Assembly (NCBI GenBank): GCA_963749655.1
Contig: CAVVOB010000026.1
Coordinates: forward strand, 1-64,000
Direction of reading: 5' to 3'
DNA from: Nitrospirota bacterium
GTDB taxonomy: Bacteria; Nitrospirota; UBA9217
DNA: 64,000 nucleotides
In this document: positions 11,016 to 21,541 of the stretch, piece by piece
How positions within the stretch are numbered: position 1 is the first letter of the stretch
Layout of the letters: every line of letters starts with the position of its first letter
Translations under genes and position numbers: made by a program
The notes under the pieces: generated by a model
Database searches by the model: none
What the model was told of the DNA's origin: nothing
The model's input: only the letters and a program-made list of their open reading frames with translations

Positions 11016-11030
11016 TGGCACGCCTATTGT
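11016..11030 (+). promoter_or_regulatory. sigma54 (-24/-12) promoter
   Basis: TGGCAC-GCCTA-TTGT preceded by an AT-rich tract. Confidence 0.7.
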
Positions 11031-11062
11031 AATAACAAGGATTAAAATCCTGGAGGCTGCCA

Positions 11063-11209
11063 ATGGAAAAACTTATGAAAATGATCGAAGACGTCATGGT
11101 AGCAGTTACTTTTGCCGAAGCAGGAGAGTTTGACGAGGCTAACAAGATCGCCGGGAACGATGCGCCGCAGGACGAGAAGAGAACGGTTCCGGCTGCTGCG
11201 GGCAGGTAA
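11063..11209 (+). CDS. 48-aa peptide with VAVTFAEAGE motif (not in ORF track)
   Basis: MEKLMKMIEDVMVAVTFAEAGEFDEANKIAGNDAPQDEKRTVPAAAGR; GGAGG RBS; paralog at 62657-62785. Confidence 0.8.
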   Translation: MEKLMKMIEDVMVAVTFAEAGEFDEANKIAGNDAPQDEKRTVPAAAGR

Positions 11210-11274
11210 ACCGAGGAGAACCATTCTTTAGATAGGCCTGCCATTTTACCATCGACACCATGACAGTGGCGGCA

Positions 11275-11312
11275 CATTCGGGATTTTCACAGGGAAAGCC
11301 CCGAATTTTTTT
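11275..11312 (+). terminator. Intrinsic terminator after the peptide gene
   Basis: ATTCGGG..CCCGAAT stem followed by a T-run. Confidence 0.6.
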
Positions 11313-11353
11313 GTCCTTTAAAACTCATTATAACGACCTGAAGAAATAAACTT

Positions 11354-12097
11354 ATGTTGATAAACCATAAAACAGTTGATCGCGAAAGCCAGCAAAAGCT
11401 CTATGTGCAGATGTTCTCGATCATCAAGGACAAGATCGAGACGCACGAGTGGCCCGTGGGTTCTCAAATCCCGACGGAAGACGAGTTGTGCAGAACCTAC
11501 GACATAAGCAAGGCGACGGTGCGCATGGCCATCGCCGATCTCGTGAGAAACGGCTATCTCAAAAAGCTGCAGGGCAAGGGCACGTTCGTCATGCATGCCA
11601 TGCCGGACCTCGGCATCACCATGAAGACGCGCCTGACCGAGGACATGTTCGGGGAGGGGGTGAGCGCACGCAAGGAGATACTGGTGAAAGGGTTTAAGGC
11701 TCCGCCGGAGGACGTGAGGACCTATTTGCAGAGCGACGGTAACGTATTCTATATTCTCTGCAAACGCGTCGTCAACGGCGAGCCGGCGTACCTTGAGGAA
11801 TCGTTTATACCGCCGGAGACCGTGTCGGATATCGAAGAGATGGAGTTCTGCCAGTCCTCTTTTTACGAGTTAATACAGCAAAAGGCAGCAAGAAAGATCT
11901 TCAAGGTCGTCCAGATGATCGAGATCGTCGAGATGAACGGCGACACGGCCTCGATCCTTAAGATCGGGAACGGCACGCCGATGCTGCTGCTGCACCGGCT
12001 GCTCGTGGCCGCCGACGGCAGTCCCATCGCCTATACCCGGCTGATGGGAGGCGGCAGAAAGTACAAGCTGCGAACGGAATTGGTCCAGATCGCATAG
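11354..12097 (+). CDS. GntR-family (HutC/UTRA) transcriptional regulator
   Basis: IPTEDELC..ISKATVRMA..QGKGTFV wHTH plus UTRA-like C-terminus. Confidence 0.9.
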   Translation: MLINHKTVDRESQQKLYVQMFSIIKDKIETHEWPVGSQIPTEDELCRTYDISKATVRMAIADLVRNGYLKKLQGKGTFVMHAMPDLGITMKTRLTEDMFGEGVSARKEILVKGFKAPPEDVRTYLQSDGNVFYILCKRVVNGEPAYLEESFIPPETVSDIEEMEFCQSSFYELIQQKAARKIFKVVQMIEIVEMNGDTASILKIGNGTPMLLLHRLLVAADGSPIAYTRLMGGGRKYKLRTELVQIA

Positions 12098-12135
12098 CAG
12101 GTCGCATGAAATCATAAATAAAAGGAGGTAGTGCA

Positions 12136-13383
12136 ATGAGTATCTTGAGAAACACCTATGAATATCTCAAGGCGGCGTCCGTCGCGCACGCCAAATGGGA
12201 CTATGAGGTCTCCATGAGCATTATTCATAACAGGAAGCGGATGTGGGTTCTTTTATTGTTGCTGTTGCCGATCGTGGCCGTATCGCTGGCGGACGCGGGC
12301 AACATGCTGGGCGGCAAGACGGCTTACGCCCCGGCGTTCTATTCCAATACGATTTTCGCCGTGTCGATCGCCATCGGCCTCGCAGCCGGGCTTATCACCG
12401 GATGCATCGGGGCGGGCGGCGGCTTCATCATCACCCCGGCGCTCATGGCCGCCGGCGTGAAGGGCATCCTGGCGGTCGGCACCGACGTGTTCCATATTTT
12501 CGCCAAGGCCATCATGGGCACCACGGTCCACAAGAAGCTCGGCAACGTATCGACGAAACTGGCAATCGCCTTCCTCGTCGGGTCCGGTGGAGGGACGTTC
12601 ATCGGCGGCTCCATCAACAGGTTCCTCTATGACAAGGACCCGATCCTGTCCGAGGCCTTCATCAGCCTGGTTTATGCCATTCTCCTCGGCTTCCTCGGCG
12701 TTTACGCGCTGATGGATTTCTTGAAGTCCCGCAAGGGTGCGAGCGGCAGCGACGCGCACGGCGGGCCATCCAGCACCACAGAGTTCGCGCTCAAGCTCCA
12801 GAAGATGAACATCCCGCCCATGATCACCTTTGATGAGGACTATGTTGCAGGCGGCAAGAAGATCTCGGGCGTGTTCGTGGCAATGGGCGGCATGATCGTC
12901 GGCATCCTCGCAGCCATCATGGGCGTGGGCGGCGGCTTCGTCACCTTCCCCATGTTCGTGTACACCTTCGGCGTTTCCACGGCCACGACCGTCGGCACCG
13001 ACATTCTCCAGATCATCTTTACCGCAGGTCTCGCTTCCATCGCCCAGTACGCCATCTACGGCTACGTGTTCTACACCCTGGCCATGGGCATGCTGATCGG
13101 CTCGCTCATCGGCATCCAGGTCGGCGCGCTCACGACGAAAGTGGTGAAAGGCATTCACATTCGCGGATTCTACGCCGTGTCCATCATCGCCGGATTCATC
13201 AACCGCGCTGCGACGCTGCCCAAGAAGATGGTGGAGCTCGAGATGATCAACATGTCCAAGGCCAGCATCAATGCCATTGAAATCGTCGGCAACTTCGTTT
13301 TCTGGATCGTGGTCGCCGTTTTCGGCATCTGGATCTTCAGCAAGTTCTTCGCCAATATAAAAACGCTCAGAGAGGAGGCATAG
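12136..13383 (+). CDS. TSUP (TauE/SafE) transporter, long form
   Basis: GCIGAGGGFIITP/AVGTD and IMGVGGGFVTFP/TVGTD repeats. Confidence 0.9.
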   Translation: MSILRNTYEYLKAASVAHAKWDYEVSMSIIHNRKRMWVLLLLLLPIVAVSLADAGNMLGGKTAYAPAFYSNTIFAVSIAIGLAAGLITGCIGAGGGFIITPALMAAGVKGILAVGTDVFHIFAKAIMGTTVHKKLGNVSTKLAIAFLVGSGGGTFIGGSINRFLYDKDPILSEAFISLVYAILLGFLGVYALMDFLKSRKGASGSDAHGGPSSTTEFALKLQKMNIPPMITFDEDYVAGGKKISGVFVAMGGMIVGILAAIMGVGGGFVTFPMFVYTFGVSTATTVGTDILQIIFTAGLASIAQYAIYGYVFYTLAMGMLIGSLIGIQVGALTTKVVKGIHIRGFYAVSIIAGFINRAATLPKKMVELEMINMSKASINAIEIVGNFVFWIVVAVFGIWIFSKFFANIKTLREEA

Positions 13384-13385
13384 CC

Positions 13386-14101
13386 ATGATCGTAAAGAAT
13401 AAACAACCATTTTCCATCGGAGTTATTCTGGCGCTGACGTTCTTCTGCGTTCTTGCACTGATCTTCTCTCCCATTTTCGGAGACGGCAGGAACGGGCTCA
13501 CGTTCTCCGACGACATGTTCAACAAGCTTTCCAAGGGATCGTCCTACTTCATTCCCAAGGTGGCCAAAAACAATGAAAAATTCAAGGGCACGGAGGTTGC
13601 GCTCGTGATCAAACTCGACAAACCGGAGCAGATGAACCCCCTGGCACTGAAGCTGCTTGCAACCGCGGGAGCATCGGCGCAGACAGCCAGCCCGGAGATC
13701 AAGATCACGGGCAACCTCGGGAACGTTATGAATCAGGTGCTGATCGATGCCGACGACATGTTCAAGAATGACGGCAAGCGGTCGCGGACCGGTACGGCAT
13801 CGATGAGAAGGAAGTCATGGCGTCCTGGTGGAACATGCTCAAGGTCATGGACAAGGAGCTCAAGAAGCAGGGCAAGATCGGCGAAGCGAAGATCGTCTCG
13901 GACGTCATGAAGAAGGCCGTCGAGCCGGCATACAATTATTACAAGGTCGAGGCCCAACAGGTCGCGGAGAAGGCGGGCCTGATGAGCGGTCTCCTCGTGT
14001 TCTACGTTGTTTACACCATGTGGTGGGGCTTCGCCATCTTCTACATGTTCGACGGAATCGGCCTCACCATGAAGAAGGCCAAAGTGAAAAAAGAGGTCTA
14101 G
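13386..14101 (+). CDS. TSUP-associated membrane protein (one frameshift near 13780)
   Basis: ORFs 13386 and 13817 join into one protein with N- and C-terminal TM segments. Confidence 0.75.
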
Positions 14102-14109
14102 GAGGGCAG

Positions 14110-14556
14110 ATGAAAGTCCTGGTGCCGGTGGACGGATCAAAGCATTCGGCAGAGAGCATCAAGGTGGCATCGTACTACGCTCAGGAAGAAGAATGCGTCC
14201 AGCTCTACCTCATGACGGTCATCCCGTCAGTGTCGGACATCGACCTCGAATTGTCCGCCTCGGAGCGGGACCGGATTCTGGAAAGCATGAAAAAAAGGGG
14301 CGAGGAGCTGCTCGCGCGGTCGTCGGACCTGATGAAGTCCTGCGGCGTGGAGCACGTGAACACCGTGCTTGCCACCGCGCCCTCGCCGGCGCAGGAGATC
14401 GTCTTCTTTGCCGAGAAGGAAAAAATCAACCTCATTGTCATCGGCAGCAGGGGGCGGCACGCAAACCACCGGTTCCAGATCGGGAGCGTTGCCGCCAACG
14501 TTGTCGGCCACAGCCCCTGCTGCGTCTATGTCGTAAAAGAACCGTGCTGGGCATAG
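14110..14556 (+). CDS. Universal stress protein
   Basis: MKVLVPVDGS..GSRG..IGSVA..SPCCV; GGAGGG RBS. Confidence 0.9.
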   Translation: MKVLVPVDGSKHSAESIKVASYYAQEEECVQLYLMTVIPSVSDIDLELSASERDRILESMKKRGEELLARSSDLMKSCGVEHVNTVLATAPSPAQEIVFFAEKEKINLIVIGSRGRHANHRFQIGSVAANVVGHSPCCVYVVKEPCWA

Positions 14557-14571
14557 CCGCTCCCGCACACG

Positions 14572-14610
14572 GGGGTCCGGCGGAAACGTCGGGCCCCTAT
14601 TTCTTTTTCA
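14572..14610 (+). terminator. Intrinsic terminator
   Basis: GGGGTCCGGCG-GAAA-CGTCGGGCCCC then a T-rich tail. Confidence 0.65.
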
Positions 14611-14637
14611 CTCCTCTTACGCTATAATAACGCAGCC

Positions 14638-16296
14638 ATGAAGATACGGGATAAATTGTTCCTCAGCTTCGGCCTGTATATCCTCCTGGCCGTGATCCTC
14701 GGTTTTTTTTCCTACAAGGAACTCCGGACCATCGGCACCCGGCTGGTCCTCGTGGAGACGGCCGATGATATCACCAACACGATCCTCGAGGTCCGGCGGT
14801 ACGAAAAGAACTTTCTCCTCTTCAGGGACCGCGCGAGCTTCGACGAACTGCAGAAATATCTGAACACGCTCAAGAAGCACATCGACGATATCCGGTCGGA
14901 GATCATCAGCGAGATCGGCGAGGACAACGCCGTCATGATGAAGACGGCGATCGCGGAGTATGAGGGCCTGATCCGCATCATCGCCGACAACTTCGAGTCA
15001 CAGCAGGAGCTGGAGAGCCAGATCAGGACAAAGGGACGCGCAGCGGAGCGCTCGCGCGCACGGAGCTCCAGGCCTTTCTCGTCCTGAGGCGGTACGAGAA
15101 GAACATGATGCTGTACCGGTCTTCCGCGTCCTTGCAGTCTTTAAGCGCACCTTTGACGGATCAGGCCTTGCCGCCCATCCTGATGTCCGCGGATACCAGT
15201 GCTTGTCGCCAAGCTGTACGCGCTCTTCGACGCGGAAAAGAGCTCGATCGAGAAGATGCGCTTGACGGCGCGTAATATCCAGTCCTTTACCCAGAACCTC
15301 TCGAAGAAGGAGCGGTCGAACGTCGCCACGACGATCAAGATGTCCATCAACCTGCAGGTGATCACCCTGGTGATCGTGGTAATCGTCGGAACGATCATCA
15401 ATTTCGAGCTCTCGTCGAGCATTGCAGCGCCGATCCGGGACCTTGAGCGGATCACCAAGAAGATCACGCGGGGGGATTTCTCGGAGAGCATCACGGTCAC
15501 GGGGCATGACGAAATCTCGTCCCTGGCCGGGTCCTTCAATCAGATGGAGGAGAAGCTGGACCACGCCATGACCTCCCTTGAGGAGATCATCAAGAAGCTT
15601 CAGGAAAAACAGGAGCAGCTCGTGGAGGCCGAGAAGCTGGCGGCCGTTGGAAAACTCGCTGCGGGCATCGCCCACGAGATCAACAATCCGCTCACGTCGG
15701 TGCTGACGTTTTCGAACCTGATGCTGGAGCAGTGTCCCGCCAGCGATCCCCGGCATGAGAAGCTGAAGCTCATGGCGAGGGAGACCGAGCGGGCGCGGAA
15801 CATCGTGCGCCAGCTCCTGAACTTCGGCCGCGAGACCGTGATCAAGCCGGTCCGGATCAACATCAACCAGCCGGTCACCGAGATTGTCGAGTCCCTGTCC
15901 GCCCAGGAGGCGTTCAAGGGAATCGACGTTTCCGTGCGGCTTGCCGAGGGACTGCCCGACGTGTCCGCAGATCCGGCGCAGATCGGCCAGGTCGTCCTCA
16001 ATATGATGCTGAACGCCATCCATGCCATCACGCCCCCGGGCAGGATCGAAGTCCTTACCCGCATGGGCGGAAATGACGTCGAAATCGTGTTCAGCGACAC
16101 GGGCAGGGGCATTCCGGAGAACCATCTGCACAAGATCTTCGACCCCTTCTTCACGACCAAGGACGCCTTCAAGGGGACGGGGCTGGGGCTGGCCGTCAGC
16201 TACGGCATCATCAGGAAGCACGGCGGAACCATCGAGGTGGCGAGCGCCGAAGGCAAGGGGACGACATTTACCGTGAGGTTGCCGATCAATGGATAA
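14638..16296 (+). CDS. Membrane sensor histidine kinase (HAMP-HisKA-HATPase), frameshifted near 15050-15200
   Basis: TM, periplasmic repeat RRYEKN, HAMP, AHEINNPL, DTGRG, GTGLGL. Confidence 0.9.
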
Positions 16297-17680
16297 ATTC
16301 AGAGCAATCGTTGTCGATGATGAACCGAGCGTCTGCGAGGCCGTGAAAGCCATCCTCGAAACCGAGGGCATCGAGGTGACCGCCTTCACGGACAGCGAGA
16401 GCGCCGTTGACCCTATCAGGCAGAACGGCTATGACCTGATCATCTCGGACCTCAAGATGCCGAAGATGTCGGGCTTCGAGCTTTACGACGCCGTAAAGGA
16501 CGGAGCGCCAGACAGCATTTTCATGATCATTACCGCCTTCGGCACCATCCCCTCGGCCGTGGACGCGATCAAGAAGGGGATCTACGACTACATTCCCAAG
16601 CCCTTCACCCCGGACGAGGTGAGGATCCCCGTCCGGCGCGCGCTGGAGAAGCGGAGGCTCGAGCGGGAGAACGTCATGCTGCGCTCCCAGATCGAGACGC
16701 GGTACTCCTTCCGGAACATCATCGGCAACAGCCCGGAGATCATCGAGACCTTCCGCGTCATGCGCCACGCCGCGTCGAGCGAATCGAACGTGCTCGTGAC
16801 CGGTGAGAGCGGAACGGGCAAGGAGCTTGTGGCCCGGGCGATCCACTCCAACAGCGTCCGGGTGCGCCGCCGGTTCGTGACGGTGAACTGCGGCGCGATC
16901 CCCGACGGGCTGATCGAATCCGAGCTTTTCGGCCACGTCAAGGGGTCGTTCACCGGAGCCGTGGCGGACAAGAAGGGGCTGGTGGAGGAGGCGGACAAGG
17001 GGACGCTCTTCCTGGACGAGATCGGCGAGCTGTCGCCGCCGCTCCAGGTCAAGCTCCTGCGGGTGCTGCAGGAGGGGGAGTTCACGCGCATCGGCGATAC
17101 GCTGCCGCGCCATGTGAACGTCCGCGTGGTCGCCGCCACGAACAAGGACCTGAAGAAGGCCATCGCGGACAAGATGTTCCGCGAAGATCTCTTCTACCGG
17201 CTGAACGTGATCCCCATCGAGCTGCCTCCGCTCCGTAAACGGCAGGAGGACATCCCGCTGCTCGTGAACCATTTCATCGAAAAACACAAGGACAAGGCCG
17301 CGGACAAGAAGATCACGGGCATTGCCAAGGACGCCCTCCAGGCGCTGCTCAATTACCATTTCCCGGGCAATGTGCGCGAGCTCGAGAATTCCATCGAGTA
17401 CGCCATCGCTTTTACCGCGGGCCCTGTGGTCCAGAAGGACGACCTTCCCAAGTACATTCTCGAAGACCGGAAGCTGGGGCAGGAGGCGCAGAAGATCCCC
17501 CTCATGCCGCTCAAGGACGCGAAGGGGCAGTTCGAAAAGAGCCTCATCATCGCCGCCCTCGTCGAGTCGGGCGGAAACATCTCCGAGGCGGCGAGGCTCC
17601 TGAACGTCCACCGCCAGAACCTGCAGCAGAAGATCCGCCTCCTCGGCATCGACCTGGCCTCGATCTCGCCGGTGCGGTGA
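16289..17680 (+). CDS. sigma54-dependent response regulator (NtrC/ZraR family)
   Basis: VVDDE/SDLKMP/KPF REC, GESGTGKE, GSFTGA, FREDLFYRLNV, HTH. Confidence 0.95.
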   Translation: MDKFRAIVVDDEPSVCEAVKAILETEGIEVTAFTDSESAVDPIRQNGYDLIISDLKMPKMSGFELYDAVKDGAPDSIFMIITAFGTIPSAVDAIKKGIYDYIPKPFTPDEVRIPVRRALEKRRLERENVMLRSQIETRYSFRNIIGNSPEIIETFRVMRHAASSESNVLVTGESGTGKELVARAIHSNSVRVRRRFVTVNCGAIPDGLIESELFGHVKGSFTGAVADKKGLVEEADKGTLFLDEIGELSPPLQVKLLRVLQEGEFTRIGDTLPRHVNVRVVAATNKDLKKAIADKMFREDLFYRLNVIPIELPPLRKRQEDIPLLVNHFIEKHKDKAADKKITGIAKDALQALLNYHFPGNVRELENSIEYAIAFTAGPVVQKDDLPKYILEDRKLGQEAQKIPLMPLKDAKGQFEKSLIIAALVESGGNISEAARLLNVHRQNLQQKIRLLGIDLASISPVR

Positions 17681-17983
17681 GGGGACGTCTCCTTTCGCAT
17701 GCGCTCTTTCAGGTTTGTCCGCTTCCGGCAGGAGGACAGCGGAACCGGCCTGATCTCCCGTTCCGGCAAAATCAATGCTCTTTGTACTACGGGCATACGT
17801 GCCCAGGGCGTCCGAACTAACCGGCGACATTTTTCTTGCTCGCCAGGCCTTCTTTATTGTATTCTCGCTCGTCAGCAGTACCGTACGCTGTCTGCAGGCG
17901 AGTGATCCGGCAGGGACAAGGATCATTATTCCAGGCAGGGATTCCATGGTGCTGTCAAAAGTTCCATGAAAAAACGAAAGGTA

Positions 17984-18210
17984 TTTTACCGCAGAGGGCG
18001 CAGAGAAATGCAGATCTTGAAATAAAAGCAGAGTAAAAGAAAGCTGGCCAAATTCGGAACATATTCAGGTTAAACGAACTTCAACGGACATCAGGCAAAT
18101 AATATAGATTCAAAGAAGAGGATTTTTAGAGGTCGCAGAGGGGGAGGGAGCTGAGAAAGAATTAAACGTACTGTAATTCAAGAAGTTCTCTGCGTTCTCG
18201 GCGGTGAAAA
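17984..18210. repeat. Inverted 9-mer-arm element
   Basis: ttttac-cgcagaggg-cgcagagaa ... ttctctgcg-ttctcggcg-gtgaaaa. Confidence 0.65.
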
Positions 18211-18248
18211 TTGTTGACCTTAAGGATTCTATGACAGGGAGGAAAGAA

Positions 18249-18920
18249 ATGAAGCGGATCATGAGGGGGGTAGTTGCCGTACTGCTGCTTGCGGCCGTGA
18301 GTGGAGTTGCCCGCGCCGAGGAATCAACCGTTGAGGTCAAGGCAGGGATCAAGGCCTGGATGAACAAATGGAAGCGCGACATCCCGGCTGCGGACAGCAA
18401 AAAATCGAAGGACTCCTTTCTTGTCGGCGCGTTCATAGAAGGCGTCGAGAACAATGTGTTCATGGAGGCAGCCTACATGGTTTCGATGCCGGACTATAAA
18501 TTCTCCGAAGCAGGCGGAGACACCACGATCAGCCGGGCTGACCTCGATCTGACCGTCGGCTACGAGCTCGGCAAGTATTTCGGTCTTTTTGTCGGGTACC
18601 GGAATTCCGAATTCAAGGAAAAGGACACGAGCGCGAAAGAAACCTCTTCCGGACCGCTCGCAGGCCTCCGGGCCAACGTGCCCATCGCCGCATCATTTTA
18701 TGTATCCGGCCAGGCGTCGTACCTGTTCACGCGGCTGAAAACGGACGCAGGCACCGAGTCGGCACCCGGGTGGCTTGGCGAATTGGGGCTCACCTATGAT
18801 TTTTCCAAGCAGCTTGCAGGAAACGTCGGGTATAAGTATGAAACCACAAAAGGCAAGAACACCGCTATAAAGGACACCTTTAGCGGCTTTACGGCAGGCC
18901 TGACATACCTCTTTGAGTGA
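18249..18920 (+). CDS. Outer-membrane beta-barrel protein
   Basis: Signal peptide (..VARA-EE), amphipathic strands, C-terminal YLF. Confidence 0.75.
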   Translation: MKRIMRGVVAVLLLAAVSGVARAEESTVEVKAGIKAWMNKWKRDIPAADSKKSKDSFLVGAFIEGVENNVFMEAAYMVSMPDYKFSEAGGDTTISRADLDLTVGYELGKYFGLFVGYRNSEFKEKDTSAKETSSGPLAGLRANVPIAASFYVSGQASYLFTRLKTDAGTESAPGWLGELGLTYDFSKQLAGNVGYKYETTKGKNTAIKDTFSGFTAGLTYLFE

Positions 18921-18940
18921 TCCCTGAAATTGCTCGGCCA

Positions 18941-18970
18941 CAGGCAGCCTTCTGGCTGCCTTTTTTTATT
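18941..18970 (+). terminator. Intrinsic terminator
   Basis: AGGCAGCC-TTCT-GGCTGCCT-TTTTTT. Confidence 0.8.
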
Positions 18971-19307
18971 GGAACGAAGGTGCCTGCGCGGCCCTACTCC
19001 CTCATTTTTCCGGCGGAAGACGAATCGCCCTCGTCTGCGCCCGCGCCTCTAAAAAGGGCTTTGTTTCTTGACGTTGAAGGCCTAATTTGTTATTGTGTCC
19101 TGAAGTATTTCGTCTTTTTGCCCGGGACAGGGCGTTCGTTCGGGTCTGCCCGGGCAGGCAATTTTGGAGCTGCAGGGACGTTGGTCCGGACCGAAACCAC
19201 CACCCCGCCTTCCCTGCCAGAACGTCCGGGAGCAGGGAACATCCGCCGATAAAGGATGAAATCAAAGGCAGAAATCCGGAAAGAGCGCCATTCGAAATAC
19301 TATTGCT

Positions 19308-19425
19308 GATCTCGTAAAAGGACTTTACAGCCGCAGAAGTCACAAAAGTCTAAAAAATATTATCGCTTTTTCAAGGTTTCTCTTTGCGCTTTTGGACGGT
19401 AAAGCCTGACGTCTTACGACTACAT
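19308..19425. repeat. Degenerate MITE-like element
   Basis: Ends GATCTCGTAAAAG / TCTTACGA; similar ends at ~22220 (GATCCCGTAAAAAG) and ~38342 (GACTTTTTAAGACACTATC). Confidence 0.4.
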
Positions 19426-19459
19426 TAATGGTAACAGGTTGCTGAAAAAGTATTTTGAA

Positions 19460-19537
19460 TGGTTCGACAAGCTCACCACGAACGGCAAGCCGACGTTTTT
19501 GATGAATCTCTCCGTTCGCCCTAAGCCTGTCGAAGGG
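19460..19537. repeat. REP-like element of the TTCGACAAGCTCA / GCCTGTCGAAGG class
   Basis: TGGTTCGACAAGCTCACCACGAACGG..CCGTTCGCCCTAAGCCTGTCGAAGGG inverted arms. Confidence 0.75.
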
Positions 19538-19543
19538 GTAGAC

Positions 19544-19981
19544 ATGACGGTGAAGGAATATTTCCAGAACATAGACGGTACGGGCGTGCTCTCTACGGCT
19601 GACGGCGCGGGTGCTGTGAATGCGGCGGTCTTTTCGAAACCCCATGTCCTCGGCGACGGAACGATTGGCTTCGTCATGCGGGAGCGGCTGACCCACCACA
19701 ACCTGCAGTCAAACCCCCGGGCAGCCTATCTTTTTCTCGAGAACGGGCCGGGTTACCGGGGTGTAAGGTTCCATCTGAAAAAGGTTCAGGAAACAGCCGA
19801 CCCGTCGATCATCGAACCGCTGATGAACCGGCACCTGTCCCCGGAAGAGGACCGGAAAAAGGGCCCCAAATATTTCGTCACCTTCATGATCGAGAAGATC
19901 CTTCCGCTTTCCGGGAGCGGAAAACCGAAGGTCACGGACGACAACGACGGAACAGCGGAGAAGGGAGCACCGGAGCGATGA
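19544..19981 (+). CDS. Pyridoxamine 5'-phosphate oxidase-family (FMN split barrel) protein
   Basis: [29 protein letters not shown]; start placed after the REP. Confidence 0.8.
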   Translation: MTVKEYFQNIDGTGVLSTADGAGAVNAAVFSKPHVLGDGTIGFVMRERLTHHNLQSNPRAAYLFLENGPGYRGVRFHLKKVQETADPSIIEPLMNRHLSPEEDRKKGPKYFVTFMIEKILPLSGSGKPKVTDDNDGTAEKGAPER

Positions 19982-20616
19982 GCGGAGACAACAACTCGAA
20001 TTTGTACTGGCACGCGCCGTCCGTCACCGTGCACGACCGGAGGCGCCAATCGGCCTGCAGAAGCTGCGTCCTGTGGTTCACCGGGTTGTCGGCATCGGGG
20101 AAATCCACCTTGGCGAACGCCTTGTCAAAGGAGTTCCACGCCCTGGGCGTGAAAAGCTATGTACTCGACGGCGACAATGTCCGCCACGGCCTGAACAAGG
20201 ACCTGGGCTTCAGCCATGATGACCGGAAGGAAAACATCCGCCGCATCGGGGAGGTGGCCAAGCTTTTTGTCGACGCCGGCCTCATCATCATGACGGCTTT
20301 TATTTCGCCTTACCGCGAGGACCGCGACAACGTCCGGAGCCTGCTTCACGACGGCGAGTTCGTCGAGGTCTACCTGAAATGCTCGCTCGAAACGTGCGAA
20401 CAACGGGACCCGAAGGGGATCTACCGGAAGGCAAAGGCCGGCGAGATCAAGGAGTTCACCGGCATCTCAGCGCCATACGAGGAGCCGGTGAGGCCGGAGC
20501 TCACCATCGAAACGGACAAGATGGCCACGGGGGAGTGCGTCAAGGCCGTCATCGATTTCCTCGTGGGCAAAGGATACCTCGGAGCTGAGCTCTTCAGCAG
20601 GGAAGTTCGGCCATGA
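19978..20616 (+). CDS. cysC: Adenylyl-sulfate (APS) kinase
   Basis: [38 protein letters not shown]. Confidence 0.97.
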   Translation: MSGDNNSNLYWHAPSVTVHDRRRQSACRSCVLWFTGLSASGKSTLANALSKEFHALGVKSYVLDGDNVRHGLNKDLGFSHDDRKENIRRIGEVAKLFVDAGLIIMTAFISPYREDRDNVRSLLHDGEFVEVYLKCSLETCEQRDPKGIYRKAKAGEIKEFTGISAPYEEPVRPELTIETDKMATGECVKAVIDFLVGKGYLGAELFSREVRP

Positions 20617-21506
20617 AAACACGCGGGAACGGCAATCAGGGCATCGAGACATCATTGGAAGGCCTGCTTCTCGCCGGGCTTCTGTCAGCAAAGAAGGCCG
20701 GCGATGCGATCATGGAAGTATACCACTCCGCATTTGCGGTGGAGATGAAAGAGGACCGGTCCCCCCTCACCCTTGCGGACAAGCGGTCCCACGAGATCAT
20801 CGCACGGGAGATGGGAAAAGCGCAGGTGAACGGCCTCACGCTCCCGGTCTTGAGCGAGGAGGGGAGAAGCATCCCCTACGAAGAGCGAAAGAACTGGGAA
20901 CCCTTCTGGCTCATCGACCCCCTCGACGGCACAAAAGAATTCGTCAAACGCAACGGAGAGTTCACCGTCAACATTGCCCTGGTCAGCCGGAACAGACCCG
21001 TCCTGGGGATCATCTACGCTCCTGTCCGCGATATCTTTTATTTCGCCGCGCGGGGCATGGGTTCCTTCAGGCGGGGCGAGGGTATGTCCGGGACCGGGCA
21101 GTCATGGGAGTCCGTCGTTGCTGACAGCACGAGGCTGCGGTCCGGCAGCACGGGCAGGCAGCCGTCGGAGATAACCGTGGCCGGCAGCCGCTCTCACGGC
21201 GGCAAGGAAATGGATGAATTCCTTGAGAAGCTTCGGCAGCAATACGAGAAAGTGAACTTTCTTTCAGCAGGCAGCTCCCTTAAATTCTGCATCGTGGCCG
21301 AGGGGGGCGCCGACCTCTATGTGCGCCACGGCCCGACCATGGAGTGGGACACCGCTGCAGGTCAGATCATCGTGGAAGAGGCGGGGGGAGCGGTCGTGAA
21401 CCTGGCGAGCGGGCAGCCCTTGGAATACAATAAAGAGAATCTTCTGAACCCGGCGTTCCTGGTGCAGCGGGCGGGCCTGCAGGCCATGCGGGATCTCCTG
21501 AGGTAG
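20613..21506 (+). CDS. cysQ: 3'(2'),5'-bisphosphate nucleotidase
   Basis: [38 protein letters not shown]. Confidence 0.95.
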   Translation: MKTRGNGNQGIETSLEGLLLAGLLSAKKAGDAIMEVYHSAFAVEMKEDRSPLTLADKRSHEIIAREMGKAQVNGLTLPVLSEEGRSIPYEERKNWEPFWLIDPLDGTKEFVKRNGEFTVNIALVSRNRPVLGIIYAPVRDIFYFAARGMGSFRRGEGMSGTGQSWESVVADSTRLRSGSTGRQPSEITVAGSRSHGGKEMDEFLEKLRQQYEKVNFLSAGSSLKFCIVAEGGADLYVRHGPTMEWDTAAGQIIVEEAGGAVVNLASGQPLEYNKENLLNPAFLVQRAGLQAMRDLLR

Positions 21507-21541
21507 AGCGGCTTCGTGCGGGACGGATTTGTAAACAAAGA

